DNA from: Octopus sinensis
Taxonomy: Eukaryota
Direction of reading: 5' to 3'
NCBI RefSeq assembly: GCF_006345805.1
Contig: NC_043003.1
Location: 83,514,001 to 83,578,000 of the forward strand
Length of the DNA stretch: 64,000 nucleotides
Shown: in pieces, positions 17,684 through 31,161 of the stretch
Numbering within the stretch: position 1 is the stretch's first letter
How the letters are laid out: every line of letters begins with the position of its first letter
Position numbers and translations under genes: made by a program
The notes under the pieces: model-generated
What the model saw: the letters and a program-made list of their open reading frames with translations, nothing else
What the model was told of the DNA's origin: nothing
Databases searched by the model: none

Positions 17684-18926
17684 CGTATGTATGTATGTCT
17701 ATATATATATAGAGAGAGAGAGAGTTGTGTGAGAGAGAGAGAGAGAGACTGTGTCTCTTGAAGGATTTGAGAGCCTCAAGCGAGTGCATGAGTTCGAGGA
17801 GCGAGATTTTTTCTGTATGTCTATATTTCAAGAGGTGCATTTTGTCTGAATTTAGAGGGGGGGGCACCATATTTTTGGGTAGACCATTGAAATCTTATTT
17901 GCTTCTGCTTAACATAGAATTATTGTAACGTTGGTTATCTCCCTTGTGTTTTTCTTCTTGCCTTCTTTACCAGCGTATCTTGTTTAAACGTCATTTTCTC
18001 AAAAGACAGCTGATAAATGGTCTTGCTTTGAGCTTGATAAATTGCGGAATAAATTATTATTTCGACCAGGAAACCAGGGCGAATTGTATTAAGAAGATTT
18101 GTGTTTTTTTTTTTTCTTATAAGGTTATCTTTACTCTCTTTGTTGATCGAGTGCTTTTCTACTTATTCAACCATTACCATATAACTTATTAAATACTTAT
18201 GTGTGTGTGTAATACTAATGACGATAGCCTAAAAAAGGAGAAAAACAGATTAATTTGACTGTAGTTGTGTTGTGCGACTTACCCCAAAGGTTGGATCAAC
18301 TTATTCCATAGGCGGGACAAGTTGAACCATTTGACATTCATTCTTTTCAAAAGTCACGGTGACTCTCAGTGTAGAGACAGAAAGTTAGAACTAGCTACAA
18401 ATGTTTCCCAGGAATTAAATTCCAAGGTAAGATTCTCGTTTCTGCAAGATGGTCTGTCATTTCAATCTTAACGTACCTTGATAAAAAAAAAAGTGGGTCA
18501 ATTTATACCACCTTCTCCTATGGTACGTATTCAAATAAATATGCATCTACATGTGTGTGTGTATGTGTGTGTGTGTGTTGTGTGTGTGTGTGTGTGTGTG
18601 TGTGTGTCTGTTTGTGTGTGTGTGTGTACGTGTTGTTTATTCAAAACAGTTTTCTCGCTCTCAAATTTATCCCCGCTGCCATTTTCAGAAGGATTTTTTC
18701 CGGTGTCTCCAACAGGCTTCATATAAATTAAATCGGTTTCATTCTTCTGGGTATACCTTTTACTTTCATTGGCTAGTTTCTAGATAATTTGTTGGGATGT
18801 TTTCGTTTTGTTTTGATTTGTTTTTTGTTTTTTTTTTTTGTTACTGTATTGTTGCTTTACATTTGCCTGTTCGCCAGCTGTTGTTTTTTTTCTGTTGATT
18901 AGTTTCATGATTGTATCCTGTTTCTG

Positions 18927-19313
18927 AGTGGAGGCGCAATGGCCCAGTGGTTAGGGCAGCGGACTCGCGGTCATAGGATCGCGGTTTCGATTCCCAGACC
19001 GGGCGCTGTGGGTGTTTATTGAGCGAAAACACCTAAAGCTCCACGAGGCTCCGGTAGGGGATGGTGGTGATCCCTGTTGTACTCTTTCACCACAACTTTC
19101 TCTTACTTCCTGTTTCTGTTGTACCTGTATTTCAAAGGGCCGGCCTTGTCACTCTCTGTGTCACGTTGAATATCCCCGAGAACTACGTTAAGGGTGCACG
19201 TGTCTGTGGAGTGCTCAGCCACTTAGACGTTAATTTCACGAGCAGGCTGTTCCGTTGATTCGGATCAACCGGAACCCTCATCGTCGTAACCGACGGATTG
19301 CATCCATCCATCC
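18927..19313 (+). mobile_element. tRNA-derived SINE family B, full length with TSD
   Basis: Head GGCGCAATGGCCCAGTGGTTAGGGCAGCGGACTCGCGG...GGTTTCGATTCCC (tRNA-like A/B boxes), (CCAT)n tail, 12-bp TSD ATCCTGTTTCTG at 18915-18926 and 19314-19325. Confidence 0.92.
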
Positions 19314-20241
19314 ATCCTGTTTCTGTAGATTGATACTCATTTTTATTTATTAATTGTATCGTTGAGAAATGGGGATATTGTTTTGTCACTATTGGTTCAG
19401 TCATTCTTATGTTCAGGTTCACTTATATAATTCTACTAACACAAGTTTCAACTATCATGTCTAACTGCTATACCCCGAACTTTTATTCGGTTTGCATACG
19501 CTTTAATTTTTTGCATTAACTTTGTAAGTGAGGTGGTCTTTTTGCGGTTGCAAATAACTTTTTCTTTCAACTTTGTTAAAATTTTTTTGCTTTTCCTGGA
19601 CCCGATGTCTTACAATTCCTCTTTTCCCTTTGATTTATTCTTTGCTCAAATTAATCTGTTTTGCTTCTTCGTTCGATTTATATATATATATATGTCTCAA
19701 CTGCTATCTCTATTGAAATTACATCATCAGAAATTTATTCAATTTACTATTCAAAACACATTTTTATCTATAATATATAAGAAGGAATGCAACGTCTCTA
19801 TCGAAGTACACTGGGGTTTGAAAGAATAAATTTTGATTTAAACTGGGCAACTGAGCAGACATAAACTTTCCGAGATATACCATTACCTCAGGAAACGATC
19901 AGATAATTGTGCAACATATATTTTATCAGAATTAATAAGTTATTGTCACATTGCAAGGACCAAAATAATTCATTTTTACAAAATATCGGTCAGTATAACT
20001 AACAGGGTATCAATAGAAAAATTTATAACAGCTTTTTGTCATCTACTCGGTGTATCAGTTCTAACATTGCCTCATGCCCATTTGATGGCAAAAGTTTAAG
20101 TAAGGATTGGATATATTGATCTGTAGCGAAGCGGATAGACAACAGTATAGGGATTTATTTACATTTTACCTAAATAACTACCTTTAAAAACTGGTACAGA
20201 CTGCACATGCATTATTTGAGTCAGTCGGGGAAATGAATACT

Positions 20242-20508
20242 TGTTGTGATGAGAGCTATGACGCCCTCTTGCGAGGGATAGACTGGTCCGAGTAAAGTAT
20301 AAATAGTAACGATCCGAGTGAGTTCAAGGTTCAGAGTTCGGAGTTGAGGGAAGTTCGTGTTAGTTCGCAGGGCAGTCAGAAGGTGTCGGTTTGTTAGTTC
20401 ACAAAGAATATTGATTGTTGGTTCCTAAAGAAATTTGTTAGTTCGTTACATTGTTTTTACTGTTGTCTGGTTATCTTATTTATTGTACGTAACAAATTAC
20501 GTTAAACA
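20242..20508 (+). mobile_element. Possible solo LTR
   Basis: TGTT...AACA inverted ends, TATAAATA box, flanks ATACT/ATATT (4/5 TSD match). No internal retroviral sequence. Confidence 0.4.
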
Positions 20509-21146
20509 ATATTACTTCATAGCATAAGTGAGGATAAAGATACTACGAACTTTAAGTTAGTGAGTTAAATGATCGATCTACGAGAACAAATTCTGTGGCA
20601 TCTAAATCATGCTCCTTGTGCACTTCTGAGAAATTCTTCATATTGATATCTCCATCAATATCTAAAATTCTAAGATCGTACTCACCCTGAAATTTCTTCA
20701 CTAAAATAAATACGTTTTACGAAAAACTTTGTTCTACCCAGAAGCTAAACATATCCTTCCCTTAAAGGTAATATTTCTTTGAAATTTTTTGAAAGATTCG
20801 AAAGATCTTTGAAGTGCTTTCTTTTTTAAAAGTTGCTTTAAATATTTGAAGTTCTTCTCCCTAGCTAGTATCTTTGTGTCAGACCCTGTCTATAAGCTAA
20901 GTGTTGTTCAAAAGCATTTCGTTTAAAACTGCAGACTTTTGATAAATTGACATCAACCTTCCTGATAATTCAGAAAAGAACTTGAATTTGTTTGTCTGTT
21001 GAATTGTGTGTATCGTTTTATAATTTTTTAAGCACCGAACATCTGTTTACCCTCTACTGTTGTTATTTATGTCGCGTTTTCTTTTCTTTTCTTTCTCTTT
21101 ATCCTCTTAACATTATTATTATTTCACCCTGCCCTTTCTCTATATC

Positions 21147-21181
<35 letters not shown>

Positions 21182-21309
21182 AAGAAGCGAAAATATAAGA
21201 TATAAAATATGTAAACCACACAGATTGAAAAAATGAGAGGGTAATGTATACATATATGTATATATACATGCATATATATATATATATACATATATATATT
21301 ATATATATA

Positions 21310-21371
<62 letters not shown>

Positions 21372-21384
21372 TATATATATAATA

Positions 21385-21859
21385 TCGTGGCACTCTGTCG
21401 GTTACGGCGACGAGGGTTCCAGTTGTTCCGATCAACGAAACACCCTGCAAGTGGCTGAGCACTCCACAGACACCTGTACCCTTAACCTAGTTCTCGGGGA
21501 CAGTGTCAAAACAGAAACATGAAGAAAGAGTGAGAGAAAGTTCTGGTGAAAGAGTACAGAACGGTTCGCCACCACCCACTGCTGGAGCCTCGTAGTGCTT
21601 TAGATTTTTTCACTCAATAAACACAACGATCTGCGAGCCGAAACCGCGATCCTACGTCCGCTGCCCTAACCACTGGGCTATTGCACCTTCTATATATATA
21701 TGTGTGTGTGTGCATAATATTCATATATATATCACAAGGCTTTGGTCGGTCCGAGGCTAAAGTAGAAGAAACCTGCTCAAGGTGCCACGCAGTGAGATTG
21801 AACCCGGAACCATGTGGCTGGTAAGCAAGCTACTTACCACACAGCCACTCCGCCTATAT

Positions 21860-21907
<48 letters not shown>

Positions 21908-22118
21908 GCCTTCGAATGACGCCACCCCGCTGGCTAAGCGAGCAGGCCAACAGAAGAAGAGTGAGAGAAAGAGAGGTGAAGGAGTACAACAGGGATCACC
22001 ACCCCCTGCCGGAGCTTCGTGGAGCTTTTAGGTGTTTTCGCTCAATAAACACACACAACGCCCGGTCTGGGAATCGAAACCGCGATCCTACGACCTAACC
22101 ACTGGGCCATTGCGCCTC
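21385..22118 (-). mobile_element. Cluster of SINE pieces: family B (21385-21690), family A head (21733-21855), family B 5' half (21905-22118)
   Basis: Reverse-complement matches to the 18927 and 13592 copies (CCCTAACCACTGGGC, GGTGCCACGCAGTG, CTTACCACACAGCCACTCC). Confidence 0.8.
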
Positions 22119-22179
<61 letters not shown>

Positions 22180-22748
22180 TATGCATGTATATATACATAA
22201 ATATATACATGTATATTTACATCAATATTATATATATCTTTGTGTGTGTGAGTGTGTGTGCGTGTGACTGTGTGTGTGTGTGTGTGATTCTGTGTGTGTG
22301 ACTCTGTGTGTGTGTGTGACTCTGTATGTGTGTGTGTGTGTGTGTGTGCCGGCATTGCAGTGTCCAATGCTAATGCTAGTAGGTGCTATAAAATTTCGAT
22401 ATGCAGACATAAGTCCCATCCATCTCTTATACTTCACTCTTCTTCTTTTTATTCACTGATCTTTTTCCTTCTTTCCTGTTTTTCTCTCACCATCTCATGT
22501 CTCTTAGTTTTGTCCCTCTTTTCTTTTACCTATCAACATATTTGTTGATCTCTTTGTCTGGCAATTTTTGTTCTTTTTTATTCCTATTATTTTTATGTAT
22601 TTAGTGTTATTTTTATCATTATTGCCGTACGCTTTTCAAGCTGTCAAATTTTAAATGTGAAATTTTCTAGTGCAACCTTTTAAATCATAGAATCTTAGTA
22701 TTTATGACCATTATTTTGACAAAATTTGTGTACGTGCTTGTATTATGG

Positions 22749-22806
<58 letters not shown>

Positions 22807-23966
22807 GTGTGTGTGTGTGTGTGTGTGTGTGCGTGCGTGCGTAAGTGTATCTTTTCTGTGTCGCTCCCTCTCCTGCTGTCTTTCTCCTCTTCCTGCTGCT
22901 GTTACGTGACCCGCGGCCAATTCCTCTTTTTTCTTCCTTTCTTAGACTGGTCCCTTAGCTGACCCGTCACAAATTCTGTCTCTCCGTTCTCCATCCTTCA
23001 AAACTTTTCTAAGCGTTACCCCATTATTCTCGTCTCCTTGGTCCTAAGGCCGTATTTTGTTCAAACATCCTAAATCACACTCTGTGTCGTTTTGCTTGCA
23101 TTGTTTCATTTTGTTTGCCCTTGTCCCTAATACTACGCAAGAAAAAAATTTTTTTTACGTGCACCGCCAATTGGGAAGCATTCAGTTTTATCGTTAAAAG
23201 TGCGAAACTGAACAGTGCCATTGGTCGATAACTGATGAAGAATTATGGCTTTCCTGTATGTCTCCCGTTCGTTGTTACATTCAGTATACGTTACGTCGTT
23301 TGTTTATGCATTTTTTCATTTATCACGTAATAGAACGCAACATACACAGAATTTGTATTAACAAATAAGTTTATATATGTATATATGTGTGTGTGTTTGT
23401 GTGTGTGTGTCACGCTGCTTTGGGACTGAAAAGTCATGCTTTCCATACGCTGCAACTACATCTTCCATCTAGCCAAAAAAAGGCCTTTTCGTTTGTTTTT
23501 TCTCGTTCGTTCTCTTGTTTTATTTGATTTCCCATATTGTATTCTCTTTTTATTTCTTGTTTGTATTTTTTTGTACATGTATTTTTATCGTGTATTTTAT
23601 CTTGTATTTTACTGTGCAGTTTTATTATTACGTCCTGGTTGTGTTCTTAACCGTTTTTCACCCGGCTGCTTGGAATTTTATTTTAATTCTCTCGCAGGAA
23701 GGCCCAGTTTTACGATGTGTCCTGTCTCGCCTTCGAAACACGCTTGAGTCTAACTAGCGACAGCTGATGACCGGGGACTTTTTCCTTATTTTCTTGTTAT
23801 AATTTTATGTTTTTCCCGTTTCTACGTCCTGTTGTGGTGTCCTGTACTCACGTTATACATGTAGATGTAGGTACGTACATATATTACATTATTGTCTGAC
23901 AGCGCCTCGCGTCGGGTTCGTTTTCGATTCGTCGGTTCGTTCTATCTCTTGTCCTCCAGTTTAATT

Positions 23967-24009
<43 letters not shown>

Positions 24010-24051
24010 GTATTTTACATTATGTATTTACTTGCACATATCTATGGTGGC

Positions 24052-24127
<76 letters not shown>

Positions 24128-24296
24128 TAATCATTTGCGTTGACGTTGCTTTGTTTTATACGAGCTGTTCTAAGTCTCGACCAGAGGCCTCCAGTAACAA
24201 GCAGAACTTTTTTTAACAATCGGTGTTATTTATGGTTAGCAATGATTTATTTCACTGTTAAATTTTTACTTTTAAGAATGATTCCTACATGCATAC

Positions 24297-24382
<86 letters not shown>

Positions 24383-24514
24383 TACACACACACACGCAAT
24401 TCATTGTGGTCGATCGGTCTGTAAAAAAAAAAAAAGGCAACTGAAATTCTTTCAGTTCATGTTACTTCAATGTCCTTGGCTGAAAATAAGCATCAATCAA
24501 GTATTCGTACAACT

Positions 24515-24596
<82 letters not shown>

Positions 24597-24728
24597 GCCC
24601 TCCCCTCCTCGGTCTTCCGTCGGGTCAAGAGTGTCAATACTTGCTTACGCCTACACAGGCACCTAAACCTATTAGCGAAACTATGGTACATTCTAGCCGT
24701 GACTATCGCATCTTTTTGTATATCTATC

Positions 24729-24783
24729 CACTAGCGTAGCTAGGTGGGGGCTTTAGGGGCGGCACACTCTGGCTACGCTAGTG
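24729..24783. mobile_element. 55-bp miniature inverted-repeat element, hAT-like ends
   Basis: TIRs CACTAGCGTAGC / GCTACGCTAGTG; 8-bp flanks TATCTATC and TATCTACC (7/8 TSD). Confidence 0.7.
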
Positions 24784-25148
24784 TATCTACCACTATATTT
24801 ACAATCAAATTCCGAAAATTAAATATAAGGTACTAATATCTTTATGATTTGAAGAATATCTATGTGTGTGTGTGTATGTATGTATGTATGTATGTATGTA
24901 TGTATGTATGTATGTATGTATGTATGTGTGTATGTATGTATGTATGTTGAATATAATATAATGAGAATAAAAATAATTGCTTCTTTTATATTAAAAGATA
25001 TATAATTGAATTTATATTAATGTTTTCGCTAGCAGAGTGATGGTAGCTACCTTGTATATACTCTCAGGAAAGTAATGACCAGAGAAATGCGATGAACCGG
25101 GTGTATATACACACTCCCACACACATATACACACGGAATTTTATACAT

Positions 25149-25247
<99 letters not shown>

Positions 25248-25892
25248 TACATGTATATGCGTATGCATAAATATATATAATATATATTTATATACATATT
25301 TATGTATGTATATGAATATATATGTATGTATAAGTGTGTGTGAGTATGTTTTAAGTCGTGTCTTTGTTCATCTGCCAAAAGACTTTTTCATTGAAAACCA
25401 GTCAAGCTATTCTTTATAAAGTTCTTCTGTCCACGTTCCATCATTCTGTAAGCTATTTGTACATAATATAATTCACGGTACCACCAGAGAAGAAGCAATC
25501 TACTTACATTCAAAATCTGTTGAAATCGAAATCTGTTTAGGTACATTGGCAAATTAATGAGGTGACGTTAAGGTGAAAAATATATAACGACAATATAACA
25601 TTCTTAACTGCCTTCTCACTCACTCATTCATTCTCTCTTTTTCTCTCATTCTCTCTCCTTCTCATACACACAACACTCTGTCACTCTCTCACACATTCTC
25701 TCATACACACTCTATGTATATACGTATACATATATACATACGTACTTACATAATACATACAATCATACATACATGCATACATACATACATACATACATAC
25801 ATACATACATACATACATACATACATACATACATACATACATACATACGTACATACATAAATATACATATATAAATAAATGAAATTATTATT

Positions 25893-26368
25893 ATTCCGGA
25901 TAAAATGCTAAGCAGCATTTCTTTCGATTTCACGTTCTGAGTTCAAACAATGCCGAAGTTTGCTTTGCCTTTCATTCTGTGGTATCGATAAAATAAGTAC
26001 CAGTTAAGCATTCGGGACGCTACAAGTGACTTAACCCTCCCTCTAAAATTTAAGGACCCTGTACCAAAATTTTAAACCATTATGACTAATAAGGCGGGGA
26101 AATGGCGGAAACGTTAGAGCTTCGAGGAAATACTTCCGACTCATTACGTAACAAATTCAAATCCCGCCAAAACGAAACTACCTTTCATCCTTTTCGGGTG
26201 GATGAAATGATGCACTGTTCTGAGGTTGGTGCAATCGTCTAAAACTCGTCCTCTTAAATCGTAGTCTTTGTGCCAAAATTTCAATTATTATTATTATTAT
26301 TAATATTACACCTCTACTAAAATGGCCTCCTATGAACATATAAATACATAAGTTTTAAAAAGCATACA

Positions 26369-26457
<89 letters not shown>

Positions 26458-26725
26458 TCTTTGTGACTGAACCTATAAGAAAAGAGAGCCGAAATTCTCT
26501 CAAACTACACTTTGACGTTTCATATAATGGTTTCAAATTTTGGCACAAGCCAGCAATTTCGAGGGAGGGGAGCAAGTCAATTACATCGACCCCAGTGTTC
26601 AACTGGTACTTATTTTATCGCCCCTGAAAGGATGAAAAGTAAAATCGATCTCGGCAGAATTTGAACTCAGAACGTAAAGATGGACGAAACACCGCTAAGC
26701 ATTTTGCCCGACGTGCTAACGATTC
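25893..26725. mobile_element. Three SINE family C copies: 25893-26075 (+), 26093-26283 (+), 26535-26725 (-)
   Basis: GTTCTGAGTTCAAA...CTTTCAT...CGATAAAATAAGTACCAGTT and its reverse complement. Confidence 0.75.
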
Positions 26726-26789
26726 TGTGTGTGTGTGTGTGTGTGTGTAGACGTAATTGTATGTGTCTGCGGATATGTACAAATTTATG

Positions 26790-26830
<41 letters not shown>

Positions 26831-27877
26831 TAATGTATGACTGCAGCTATTATTTTACATTACTTATCCTTTTTACTACCAACATTTTGTCATTACCCTT
26901 TAATCATAAAATATCATAATAATATTTCGCATATTTGCATATTTTTCAATTATTTTATTCTGGCTTGTGCCTCTCCAATTTTTTTTTTGTTCTTTTTTGC
27001 TGTTCACTCGCTCCCTTGAAATGTATAAGCATTCGAGGCTTACCACACAGCCACATCTGCACCTATTAGGATTTTCTTTTGAATCTATCTCTTTATCGCA
27101 TTCTTATAAACATCTCGCTATATATACACATACATACAGACACATGTAAATATAAAATTATATGGGCGTGCGTGTATGTGTTAGTATACGTATATATGTA
27201 TTATTCAACTATATATTATAGTAGTATATGATATATATGTTTATATAATTGTATATGTATGTATTATATATATATGTGTATGTCTATTTGTATGTATGTA
27301 TGTATGTATGTATGTATGTATGTATGTATGTATGTATGTATGTATGTATAAAGTATACTTATATCTATTAAACATATATGTAGCTATGTTGATGATTTGA
27401 CCACTATTTCTAGCACGCATAGCAGCGGCATGTTATAGTGCTCAGTCGTATCTTTTTTTTTTTTTCTTTTTACTATTGTAATAATAGTAGAAACGTTTTC
27501 ACACGATTGTGTAAATCGACATTTGTTGTATGAGTTACGTTTGATACAATAAATGGTTGAATAAAGAAGTTTCGGTATGTAATATATATTTTATTTGAAC
27601 ATCTCAGTATGCAAGTAGTACGTTTATGCTTTTCGGGCTTATCAAAGAATAGACAACATCAGGTCACTTCTGCGCATGCATCGTACGAATTGAAAGAAAG
27701 TCCAGACGGACAACAAATAATATGAATGACGTGTGTGTATAAATATTTTATGTATTAGAAGTATTATCTATATATCATTTATTTTATGTATATACAAACA
27801 CAGACATGCACACACACATATATATAGATAAACACACACGTATATGTGTGTATGTGTGTGCGTGTGAGCAATGTAGT

Positions 27878-28495
27878 TAGTCCTAAAATCTCTGTAAGAG
27901 ATTTAAGTAGTAACAATACTAAAAAGTAGTGTTTGTTGCTACTTCAAAATGGCTGTTCCGTACGAAACTACACTAGTGCCATTTTTTTAACACCAGGAGG
28001 ACATCTCTTCAAGGTGTTTAACGATACAACCAGTGTTCCTTATACTGCGAACAGTGGAGTGAACCTCTACCATCAGGCGGTGACAAGACCAGTATACCAG
28101 TTTGGTTTCGGCGTATTTCCCTTCATCAGTACTGCATACCTGTCTGCTAGACATGGCAGTCGTTTGTCCTAGGTCGTAATACATAGGAAAATAAGTGACA
28201 TTCAGCTGCTGATTTTGCAACAAGCAAAGGAACTAGTTCTAAAATCTCTATAAGAGATGTAAGTAGTAACAATACCGAATAGCAGTGTTTCTTGCAATTT
28301 CAACGTAGCTGTTCCGTACGGATCTACACTACTACCATTTTTTTTAACCCCAGGAAGACATCTCTTCCAGCCGGTTAACGACACATGTGTCCGATATATT
28401 GCGAGCAGGGAACAAACCCCTATTATCTAGCGGTGACAAGACTAGCAAACCAGTCTGGTTTCAAATTGGTATACTGGTCTTGTCAGCAGACAGGT
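27878..28495 (-). mobile_element. Non-coding tandem element (353-bp period, ~1.6 units) carrying a hammerhead ribozyme; retrozyme-like or non-autonomous Penelope-like
   Basis: 27878-28110 aligns with 28231-28462 (CTAAAATCTCT(G/A)TAAGAGAT, GCTGTTCCGTACG, GACATCTCTTC, GCGGTGACAAGAC); no ORF of recognisable homology; hammerhead at the unit boundary. Confidence 0.7.
28090..28134 (-). ncRNA. Type I hammerhead ribozyme, GUA cleavage triplet
   Basis: Minus strand CAGUA-CUGAUGA-A-GG(GAAAUACG)CC-GAA-ACCA(AAC)UGGU-A^UACUG: 5-bp stem I, full CUGAUGA core, short stem II, GAAA, 4-bp stem III. Predicted cut between 28095 and 28094. Confidence 0.85.
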
Positions 28496-28631
28496 ATCCC
28501 GTCTTTAATTATATTAACATAATTAAAGGATAAAATCATTAAGATGAATGAATTTTATCATTGACCAACATATAAAAAAAAACCTTTTAGGCAAAATACA
28601 TATATCGAGATATATAATCGTATAAATATAT

Positions 28632-28735
<104 letters not shown>

Positions 28736-28899
28736 TGAATAAGGGTAGAAATTGATATTAATCAATTAAAACCAGTGGCCTAGCATATTAACAAAATTTA
28801 AAGGACTGACCACTAAAAGTGGACGGTCAACATGCTAGATATAGACGTCAAAATCGCTATTTTCCACGAAGAATGTGTTCTCAAATAAAAACTCAGCAT

Positions 28900-29120
28900 T
28901 TTAGGGTTAATTAGGTTAGAGTATAGGATTAGTGCTTAGTATTAGGGTTCGGGTTCAGTATGAGGGCTAAGGTTTCGGATTAGGTTTCGCGTTTTGAATT
29001 AAGCCTTGAGGCTAAAGCTACGATTTAAGATTAGACTTTAAATTTAGTGTCAAAGTTAAGGGGTAGATTTTATTATTAAGAAGTAGAGGTTAGTGTTAGT
29101 ATTTAGGGTCACGTTTAGAA
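28900..29120 (+). repeat. Degenerate TTAGGG-like tract, probably inside an old non-autonomous element
   Basis: TTTTAGGGTTAATTAGGTTAGAG...TTAGGGTTCGGGTTCAG...TTTAGGGTCA, 6-bp periodicity. Confidence 0.6.
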
Positions 29121-30740
29121 ATTTTACTGCAAATGTAATGTGTTGTTTCCTTTCATTTTTTAAAAATATTTTCATCTTCAAATGTTTTTAAAGTTTTTCT
29201 TATTAATTTCTCAAAAATAGCAAATTGTTGTCATTGACGTGGTCCTTTGTTCAAAACTTCATCTGTATAGAAATTCTCAATAAAATCAGACTGTATGCGT
29301 CAAACGGGAACGATTTGACGGGCGTCATTATCCCCAAAGCTGGGATATTGGGTGATATATATGTTTGTGTGTAAAGGAATATATGCATATACACACATAT
29401 TCATATACAAATATTTATACACGTATATATATATATATATATTTATTAATACATACATCCATCCATACATACATACATACATACATACATACATACATAC
29501 ATACATACATACATACATACATACATACATACAGAGATAAGTTTATAAACACGATACATTCCGTAGCAGACATTTTTAATCTGTTAGCATCAAATTGTTT
29601 CTGATAAAACAGACACAGCTCCGCTTCACCAAAATCCCCTGAAATCCTTCCTCTTAAGCCATCAGAAATATTTTTCTTTTAAGCCAACAGAGATGTATGA
29701 ATTCTTCCAGAAATTATGTGGATAAACAAAACACAAATTTATCAAAATATCGTCTAAATTCTCTTCAAGAGTTTTCTTCTCTGATAAAAGTTAACAGATG
29801 TTATCTAAACATTTTTGTTTTTCTTTATAATAAATTTTGTGATACACACGCAAAAAAAAAATACAAAATTGCCGAAAGAAGGAATTTAAAAACATTTTTA
29901 TCGCTTATTCCAGAACTACTTTCATAAAAATTTTGAAAAAATCACTTTGAAGACTTTGTAGCGCATTTTAGTTATTGCAGTGAACGAATCGGAGTAAAAG
30001 AAGCGGAAGGAGCGTGGAGGCTGCTAGCTCTGTGATCCTGATTCAGTAGACATACAGACAGACACACAAAGAGACAGATAGAGACAGTAAAAAGATCTTA
30101 GTAAATCTCAGTAGCTCGGTTAGTTCTTTCACTTCTTTTATTCTAGAAATTGTTATACCGTGTGTTTAAAATAAATTGACATTCAGCACCATAAAACCAA
30201 GTTATTAAGGAATACTGAAAGCAAAATACAGAGTCGTTAACAGTGTTAGATGCATCATGGTATTTGTTCTTATATTTGTTGCTCTGCGTTCAAATCAAGT
30301 TGTCCCTCATGTCTTTGTCCTGTATAAAAGAAAAAGCAGCGGAACTGTAAGAACGACGGACCGATTGATGCCCTTCAGAAATTGCTCCGGCGTTCAGCGT
30401 TCAAATCCCACCGTGGCCTACATGGGTTTTAGACTTAATCAGTCGCTCGTTTTAACGGTACTACTAGACGCCTACGGTACTTTTAGCAGAGTTTACTCTA
30501 TTGCAAGCATTTGGTGAGGTCTCTGGTTTGAAGATACCTTCCTCCCTCTTCCAGCAGCTTCAAAGAACTTGTAAAAAGTTTACTGGAACTTTCCTCCTGA
30601 CTAAAGGATAAAAAGAAAGCAGGGAGGTTATACACATTTACACAATCATTTTGATGTTTGTGATAGGGAAATAGTCGTCAGTTTCAAATCACTGGATTCC
30701 ATATTGATTTTAAATTTTGACTCAAGGTCAACAATTCTAG

Positions 30741-30915
30741 GGAAGAGAGTAAGTCCATTACATCGACTCCAATATTCAAAGTGTTTTATCAGCCCCAAAA
30801 AATGAAAGGGAAAGTCGGCCCCGATGGATTTTTAAACTCAAGGCTTAAAGACGGATAAAATACGGCTAAGCATTTCGCCCGGCGTGCTAACGATTCTGCC
30901 TGTTCGCCGCCTTCA
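30741..30915 (-). mobile_element. SINE family C
   Basis: ATTACATCGAC...GCTAAGCATTTCGCCCGGCGTGCTAACGATTCTGCC...CGCCGCCTT. Confidence 0.75.
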
Positions 30916-31161
30916 CTGGGTTCCATATTACCAAGGAGCTACTCCAGGAATGACTGTACTTTCGCTCAGATCCTTACTAAATTCCATCAAATCGTATCCG
31001 GTATCATCCTAATATTACAGTCATGAAATCTTCAAAAGAGCATAGTGGTCTTCTGTACCTGGCCCAGGGCGTTTTGCAAAACATTACTGAGATATAATTA
31101 CTTTGTATATCAGAGAATCTCATTTACATCAAGACAGCCTGGTACGTCATGAAACAATCTA

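Noticed and set aside
18927-19010. tRNA-like sequence as a tRNA gene
   Set aside because: It is the head of a SINE with body, tail and TSD; the same holds for other A/B-box heads.
28900-29120. TTAGGG-like tract as a true telomere or fusion site
   Set aside because: Short, heavily degenerate, single orientation and internal to repeat-like DNA.
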